Shown: positions 59,028-64,000 of the stretch, in pieces
Position numbering within the stretch: the stretch's first letter is position 1
Layout: every line of letters begins with the position of its first letter
Assembly: GCA_040756875.1 (NCBI GenBank)
Contig: JBFLYH010000001.1
Location: 480,001 to 544,000 of the forward strand
Direction: 5' to 3'
Length of the DNA: 64,000 nucleotides
Origin: a candidate division FCPU426 bacterium
GTDB taxonomy: Bacteria > Oederibacteriota > JAAXVQ01 > JAUVAV01
The notes under the pieces: model-generated
Seen by the model: the letters and a program-made list of their open reading frames with translations, nothing else
Told to the model about the DNA's origin: nothing
Databases searched by the model: none
Program-made: the position numbers and the translations under genes

Positions 59028-59067
59028 AAGTTCCCCCGTCCGCTTAACGGCGAGCGGGGGAATTTTT
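59028..59067 (+). terminator. Probable intrinsic terminator after acpP
   Basis: TTCCCCCG/CGGGGGAA stem followed by TTTTT. Confidence 0.65.
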
Positions 59068-59187
59068 ACGTCAGAGGCCGGACAAGGTCCGCAAAGCTAT
59101 ATCCCCATTGTCCGCAACTGCTCGCGGCAGAAGTCGCACGGAATCTGGGGATCATTCGGATAGGGAATGGTTGACAAGGGAGGGATT

Positions 59188-60429
59188 ATGCCAAAAAGGG
59201 TCGTGGTGACCGGCCTGGGGGCCGTTACGCCCCTGGGGAATAACGTTGAAACGTATTGGAAAAACCTGCTGGCAGGCCAGTCGGGCATAGGTCCGATCAC
59301 CCACTTCGATGCCAGCCAGTTCGACTCGCGCATCGCAGGCGAGGTGAAGAATTTCGATCCTGCCGGTGTGGTGGACCGCAAGGAAGCGAGGCGCCTGGAT
59401 CTCTTCGTCCAGTACGCCTTGGTCGCCGCCCAGGAAGCCCTTCAGCAATCCGGCTTGGATTTGGAAAAAGCGGATCATGACCGCATCGGCATCGTCATCG
59501 GTTGCGGCATCGGCGGCATCGGCGTAGCCGAGGCGCAGAAGGAGATCCTGCTTTCCCGCGGGCCCAGCCGTGTATCACCCTTTCTGGTCCCCATGATGAT
59601 TCCCAACATGGCGCCCGGGATGATTGCCATCAAATACGGATTCCGGGGCCCCAATATTTCCGTGGTCACTGCCTGCGCATCGGGGAACAACGCCTTTACG
59701 GACGCTGTCCGCCTCATTCAGCGCGGGGATGCGGACGTCATGATCGTGGGCGGGACCGAATCCGCGGTTACCCCCCTGGCGGTTTCGGGTTTTTGTTCGG
59801 CCAAAGCCCTTTCCACCCGCAATGACGATCCCCAGCATGCCAGCCGGCCTTTCGACCGCGACCGCGACGGCTTTGTAATCGCCGAAGGCTGCGGGTTAGC
59901 CGTTATCGAATCCCTCGAACACGCCCAACGACGCGGCGCCACCATTCTGGCTGAAATCGGCGGCTACGGCATGTCCGACGACGCCTATCATATGACCTCC
60001 CCCTTGCCGGATGGATCCGGGGGAGCCAAATCCATGATGCTCGCCATCCAGGATGCAGGGCTCAAGCCCGAAGACATCAGTTACATCAATGCGCATGGAA
60101 CCTCGACCGCCCAGGGCGATGTCGGCGAGACCACGGCGATCAAGCGGGTTTTCGGCGAACTGGCGTATAAAATTCCCATCTCCTCGACCAAATCCATGAT
60201 CGGGCATGCTCTGGGCGCGGCCGGCGGGGTGGAGTTCGTGGCTGTGGTGAAATCCATTCTGGAACAAATTCTTCACCCTACGATCAACCTGGAAAATCCC
60301 GATCCCCAGTGCGATCTGGACTATATTCCCGGCAAACCACGCCAGGCCGAAGTAAAGAACGTGCTTTCCAATTCCTTCGGCTTCGGCGGGCACAATGTCA
60401 CGCTGCTGGTGCGCAGGTTCGAAGGCTAA
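59188..60429 (+). CDS. fabF: Beta-ketoacyl-ACP synthase II
   Basis: RVVVTGLG, TACAS, NAHGTST, KSMIGH, SFGFGGHN. Confidence 0.98.
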   Translation: MPKRVVVTGLGAVTPLGNNVETYWKNLLAGQSGIGPITHFDASQFDSRIAGEVKNFDPAGVVDRKEARRLDLFVQYALVAAQEALQQSGLDLEKADHDRIGIVIGCGIGGIGVAEAQKEILLSRGPSRVSPFLVPMMIPNMAPGMIAIKYGFRGPNISVVTACASGNNAFTDAVRLIQRGDADVMIVGGTESAVTPLAVSGFCSAKALSTRNDDPQHASRPFDRDRDGFVIAEGCGLAVIESLEHAQRRGATILAEIGGYGMSDDAYHMTSPLPDGSGGAKSMMLAIQDAGLKPEDISYINAHGTSTAQGDVGETTAIKRVFGELAYKIPISSTKSMIGHALGAAGGVEFVAVVKSILEQILHPTINLENPDPQCDLDYIPGKPRQAEVKNVLSNSFGFGGHNVTLLVRRFEG

Positions 60430-60456
60430 GCCGGCGGCCCCAGGAGCAGGCTCGGC

Positions 60457-61188
60457 ATGGTCAAGTCTTCACAGCCCGAACAAGCCCTCAACAGGCTGCA
60501 TAAGCGACTAAAAACGCGTGCGGCGACGCTGGAACTGCTGCGCGAAGCGTGCCGCCACCGTTCTTATGTAAATGAGCATAAAAACGGCCACGGCGGCGGT
60601 AAAGCGGAAGCAGCCAACGAGCGCCTGGAATTTTTCGGCGACGCCGTGCTGGGCTTCATTATCGCCAAATGGTTGTTTCAGAAATGGCCTCAGGCGGATG
60701 AAGGCCGATTGTCGCAGGCCAAATCCCGGCTGGTTTCGGCGGAACGGCTGGCGCATATCGCACGACGGCTGGAATTGGGGCAGGCGTTGTTGTTGGGGCA
60801 AGGAGAGGAAGTATCTGGCGGGCGGGAGCGTGCATCGCTTTTGGCCAATATTTTGGAAGCGGTTATTGGCGCAGTGGCGCTGGGGGAGGGTACCGACCAC
60901 GCCGAAGCCTTGGTTCGCGAACTGTGGGCCGAAGCCTTGGAAGAGGAAATAAGCGGGGGAGCCCAAGCGGATTATAAATCCCTGCTGCAGGAATACTCCC
61001 AGAAAACGTCCGGCGCCTTGCCGGAATACACTGTGGAACAGGTGATCGGGCCGGATCACAACCGGCGCTACCTGGTGGCGGTCAGTCTAAAAGGCCGCAT
61101 TCGCGGCCGGGGAGAAGGTCCCAGCAAGAAGCAAGCGGCTCAAGCAGCCGCGGCGCAAGCGCTCACAACGTTGAAACACGAGCGATAA
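60457..61188 (+). CDS. rnc: Ribonuclease III
   Basis: NERLEFFGDAVL signature plus dsRBD (DYKSLLQE..SKKQA). Confidence 0.96.
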   Translation: MVKSSQPEQALNRLHKRLKTRAATLELLREACRHRSYVNEHKNGHGGGKAEAANERLEFFGDAVLGFIIAKWLFQKWPQADEGRLSQAKSRLVSAERLAHIARRLELGQALLLGQGEEVSGGRERASLLANILEAVIGAVALGEGTDHAEALVRELWAEALEEEISGGAQADYKSLLQEYSQKTSGALPEYTVEQVIGPDHNRRYLVAVSLKGRIRGRGEGPSKKQAAQAAAAQALTTLKHER

Positions 61189-61258
61189 AAACGAATTGTG
61201 ATCTCGAAAAAATCCCGCGCATGGGATTTTTTCCAGCCTGATACCAAGGGGGGAAGCA

Positions 61259-62416
61259 ATGAACTACTTTTTGACCGAAGAACAAAAAATGATCGTGGAT
61301 ACGGCCCGGGAACTGGCGCAGGAAAAAATCAAGCCGGTGAGGGAAAAATACGACGAAGAAGGGCATTTTCCCTGGGACATCGTGAAGGAAATGGCGGCAG
61401 CCGATCTTATGGGTTTGTACATCCCTGAACAATATAAAGGCATGGGCCGCGGTATTTTCGAGCTATGCCTGGCGGTTGAGGAGTTGTCCAAAGTCTGCGG
61501 CGGCATCTCCCTGGCCATGGCCGCCACTGCCCTGGGCACCTTTCCCATTCTGCTGTTCGGCAACGAGGAGCAAAAAGCCAAATACCTTCCTGATATCGCC
61601 ACGGGTAAAAAACTGGCCGCCTTCGGTCTGACCGAAGCCAACGCCGGTTCGGATGCAGGCAACATGACCACCACTGCGGTCAAGGACGGCGACCATTACG
61701 TGATCAATGGCACCAAACAGTGGATTACCAACGGCGGCGAGGCGGAAACCTATACCGTCATTGCCATGACCAACAAGGCCAAGGGGCCGCGCGGCGCCAC
61801 GGCTTTTATTGTGGAAAAAGGCACGCCCGGCTTCACCTTCGGTAAGAAAGAGAATAAAATGGGCATCCGGGCTTCAGCCACGCGCGAACTGGTTTTCACC
61901 AACTGCCGGGTTCCGGCCAAGAACGTGCTGGCCAAGGAAGGCATGGGTTTTATCGTGGCGGTGAATACCCTGAACACTTCACGGCCGGGCGTGGCCTCCC
62001 AAGCGCTGGGCATTGCCGCCGGAGCGCTCGAGGAGGCGGTCCAATACGCCCGCCAACGTGTGCAATTCGGACAGCCGATTGCCAGCATCCAGGCGGTTCA
62101 GCACATGCTGGCCAACATGGCCACCGAAGTGGAGGCGGCTCGTGCCCTTTTGTATGCCACCGCCCGCAGCATTGATGCCGGCGAGAAGAGCTTCGCCAAA
62201 ATTTCGGCCATGTCCAAACTATTTGCATCGGAAGTCGCGATGCGGGTCACCACGGATGCGGTTCAAGTCATGGGTGGATACGGGTATATGAAAGAGTACC
62301 CGGTTGAAAAAATGATGCGCGACGCCAAAATCACCCAGATTTACGAAGGCACCAGCCAAATCCAGCGGAATGAAATCGCCCTGCAACTGATCAAAGAAGC
62401 GGCGAAAAAACAGTAA
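61259..62416 (+). CDS. Acyl-CoA dehydrogenase (butyryl-CoA dehydrogenase-like)
   Basis: FGLTEANAGSD, KQWITNG, KMGIRAS, GGYGY, QIYEGT. Confidence 0.95.
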   Translation: MNYFLTEEQKMIVDTARELAQEKIKPVREKYDEEGHFPWDIVKEMAAADLMGLYIPEQYKGMGRGIFELCLAVEELSKVCGGISLAMAATALGTFPILLFGNEEQKAKYLPDIATGKKLAAFGLTEANAGSDAGNMTTTAVKDGDHYVINGTKQWITNGGEAETYTVIAMTNKAKGPRGATAFIVEKGTPGFTFGKKENKMGIRASATRELVFTNCRVPAKNVLAKEGMGFIVAVNTLNTSRPGVASQALGIAAGALEEAVQYARQRVQFGQPIASIQAVQHMLANMATEVEAARALLYATARSIDAGEKSFAKISAMSKLFASEVAMRVTTDAVQVMGGYGYMKEYPVEKMMRDAKITQIYEGTSQIQRNEIALQLIKEAAKKQ

Positions 62417-62456
62417 TCCGTCCGACCCGTCAGATTCGTCCGACGTGTCAGACATT
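62417..62456. repeat. Degenerate 9-bp tandem repeat
   Basis: TCCG-TCCGACCCG-TCAGATTCG-TCCGACGTG-TCAGAC between the acyl-CoA dehydrogenase gene and etfB. Confidence 0.55.
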
Positions 62457-62471
62457 TTCAGGAGGTAGTCA

Positions 62472-63263
62472 ATGCACATCGTAGTCCTGATCAAGCAAGT
62501 AGTGGCCACTACCAATGTCAAACTCGATCCTCAGACCGGCACCATGATTCGAGACGGAGTGGAAAGCATTTTAAACCCCTTTGACGAATATGCCGTGGAG
62601 GAGGCGCTTCGCATCAAGGAGAAACTGGGCGGCAAAGTCACGGTGTTGACCATGGGACCGCCCCAAGCCAAGGAAATCATCCGCAAAGCCATTGGCATGG
62701 GGGTGGATGAGGGGATTTTGTTGAGCGACCGGGCATTGGCCGGATCGGACACTTGGGCCACCTCCTATACCTTGGCTCAAGCATTGCGCAAAATAGGGGA
62801 TTATGGGCTGATTTTAACGGGTAAACAGGCCGTGGACGGCGACACCGCCCAAGTCGGGCCGGAAATCGCGGCCTGTCTGGACCTACCCATGATCGCATGG
62901 GTGCGCAAGATCGAGGAAGTCTCGCCTGAAAAGATTCGCGCTGAGCGCCTGATGGAGGATGGCTACGATGTTCTGGAAAGCCCGTTGCCGGCCTTGCTTA
63001 GCGTGGTGAAAGAAATCAACGAGCCCCGGTTGGAGTCCCTAAAGGGCAAAATGAGGGCTAAAAAATACGAGCCCCAGACCTGGACGGTCGCTGATTTGCC
63101 GGGTTTCGACCTCGCCCAGGTCGGGTTGAAAGGTTCACCCACGCGGGTGGTCAAGACCTTCACCCCCCAGCGCCAGTACCATAGCGAAATGATCGGCGGT
63201 TCGCCGAAGGAAGCGGCGTCTGCATTGTATAAAAAAGTCGTTGATCTGAACATCATCCATTAA
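62472..63263 (+). CDS. etfB: Electron transfer flavoprotein beta subunit
   Basis: KQV, NPFDEYAVE, MGPP, AGSDTWATS, GKQAVDGDTAQVGP. Confidence 0.96.
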   Translation: MHIVVLIKQVVATTNVKLDPQTGTMIRDGVESILNPFDEYAVEEALRIKEKLGGKVTVLTMGPPQAKEIIRKAIGMGVDEGILLSDRALAGSDTWATSYTLAQALRKIGDYGLILTGKQAVDGDTAQVGPEIAACLDLPMIAWVRKIEEVSPEKIRAERLMEDGYDVLESPLPALLSVVKEINEPRLESLKGKMRAKKYEPQTWTVADLPGFDLAQVGLKGSPTRVVKTFTPQRQYHSEMIGGSPKEAASALYKKVVDLNIIH

Positions 63264-63289
63264 ACCGCGGTACGCGGAGCAGGAGGCTC

Positions 63290-64000
63290 ATGATTATGTC
63301 CGTCGAAAACAGCCAGGATGTGTGGATATATGCCGAACAACGGGATGGGCATTTGCATTCCGTGGCTTTGGAATTGCTGGGTGCAGGCAGGAAGCTGGCA
63401 GATGATTTAGGGCAAAAGCTCGTCGCCGTTCTCCTGGGGCACAATCTCAAGCCGCTGACCAAAGAACTGATCGCCCATGGCGCAGACAAGGTGTTCTATC
63501 TGGACAGCCCCGCGTTTGCTAAATTCGCGGATGAACCATATGCGCAGGCCCTGACCGACTTGGCGCGCGCCCACAAACCTGCCATTATTCTGGGCGGCGC
63601 CACAGCGGTGGGACGCTCCTTCATCCCCCGGGTCGCTGCCAATCTGCAGACAGGGATGACGGCGGACTGCACGGCCTTGGCCATCGACCCGGAAAAAAAA
63701 GTGCTGCTGGGAACCCGGCCGGCCTACGGCGGAAACATCATGGCCACTATCGTTTGTGCGGAGAAGCGCCCGCAAATGGCCACGGTACGCCATAAAGTCA
63801 TGAAGGCGCTGGAACGCAACGAAGCCCGCCAAGGCGAAGTCATCGAACAGCAGATGGCGGAAAAGGACCTGACCTGGCGGGCCAAGGTGATCAACACCGT
63901 AAAGGAAGTGGAGGAAACCTGCAACCTGGCTGAAGCGGATATTATTGTAACCGGAGGCCGGGGCATTGGCAGCAAGGAAAACTTCCAATTGGTGCGCGAT
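63290..64000 (+). CDS. etfA: Electron transfer flavoprotein alpha subunit (runs off window; absent from ORF track)
   Basis: AGGAGG RBS; translation MIMSVENSQDVWIYAEQR..TADCT..RPAYGGN..ADIIVTGGRG. Confidence 0.95.
   Translation, partial: MIMSVENSQDVWIYAEQRDGHLHSVALELLGAGRKLADDLGQKLVAVLLGHNLKPLTKELIAHGADKVFYLDSPAFAKFADEPYAQALTDLARAHKPAIILGGATAVGRSFIPRVAANLQTGMTADCTALAIDPEKKVLLGTRPAYGGNIMATIVCAEKRPQMATVRHKVMKALERNEARQGEVIEQQMAEKDLTWRAKVINTVKEVEETCNLAEADIIVTGGRGIGSKENFQLVRD

Noticed and set aside
60841-60870. RNase III with LANILEA rather than LAD..EA
   Set aside because: Asn at this position is a known natural variant; the signature motif and catalytic Glu are intact

Overview
A 64-kb stretch of core chromosome from a GC-rich diderm bacterium, with almost all genes on the + strand. 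The Bcd/EtfAB genes suggest an anaerobe. PorV-like barrels, Thr/Pro-rich cargo, a Firmicutes-type L20 leader and a Bacteroidota-like bS22 suggest an uncultured deep-branching lineage (FCPU426-like; inference only). Housekeeping blocks: ribE-ribBA-ribH-nusB; infC-rpmI-rplT-TrmH-pheS (no pheT); uvrB-uvrC; valS-nadC-birA-coaX; pgeF-yggS-proC-yggT-yggU-PNP-mtnA-like-thioesterase; accA-amidase-GerMN; tRNA-Gly(CCC); speD-speE-Arg decarboxylase; dksA-like, corA; gap-pgk-tpiA-secG; yceD-rpmF-plsX-fabHDG-acpP-fabF-rnc; bcd-etfB-etfA (partial). Main highlights: (1) a locus with two PorV-like barrel + FlgD-Ig + OmpA fusion proteins next to a T9SS-CTD-like cargo protein; (2) a tightly coupled TlpA-FIST-HK-CcdA-(H-NOX/V4R-like)HK cluster with no response regulator; (3) an MtnA homologue whose catalytic and phosphate-binding residues are all substituted; (4) two diverged, covarying copies of a ~118-bp structured element flanking uvrBC in inverted orientation; (5) a 30-aa bS22 gene missed by the ORF track, followed by a region with a perfect 27-bp inverted repeat. 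No CRISPR array, rRNA, transposase or prophage gene was seen. All family calls come from motif recognition by eye; no database search was run.
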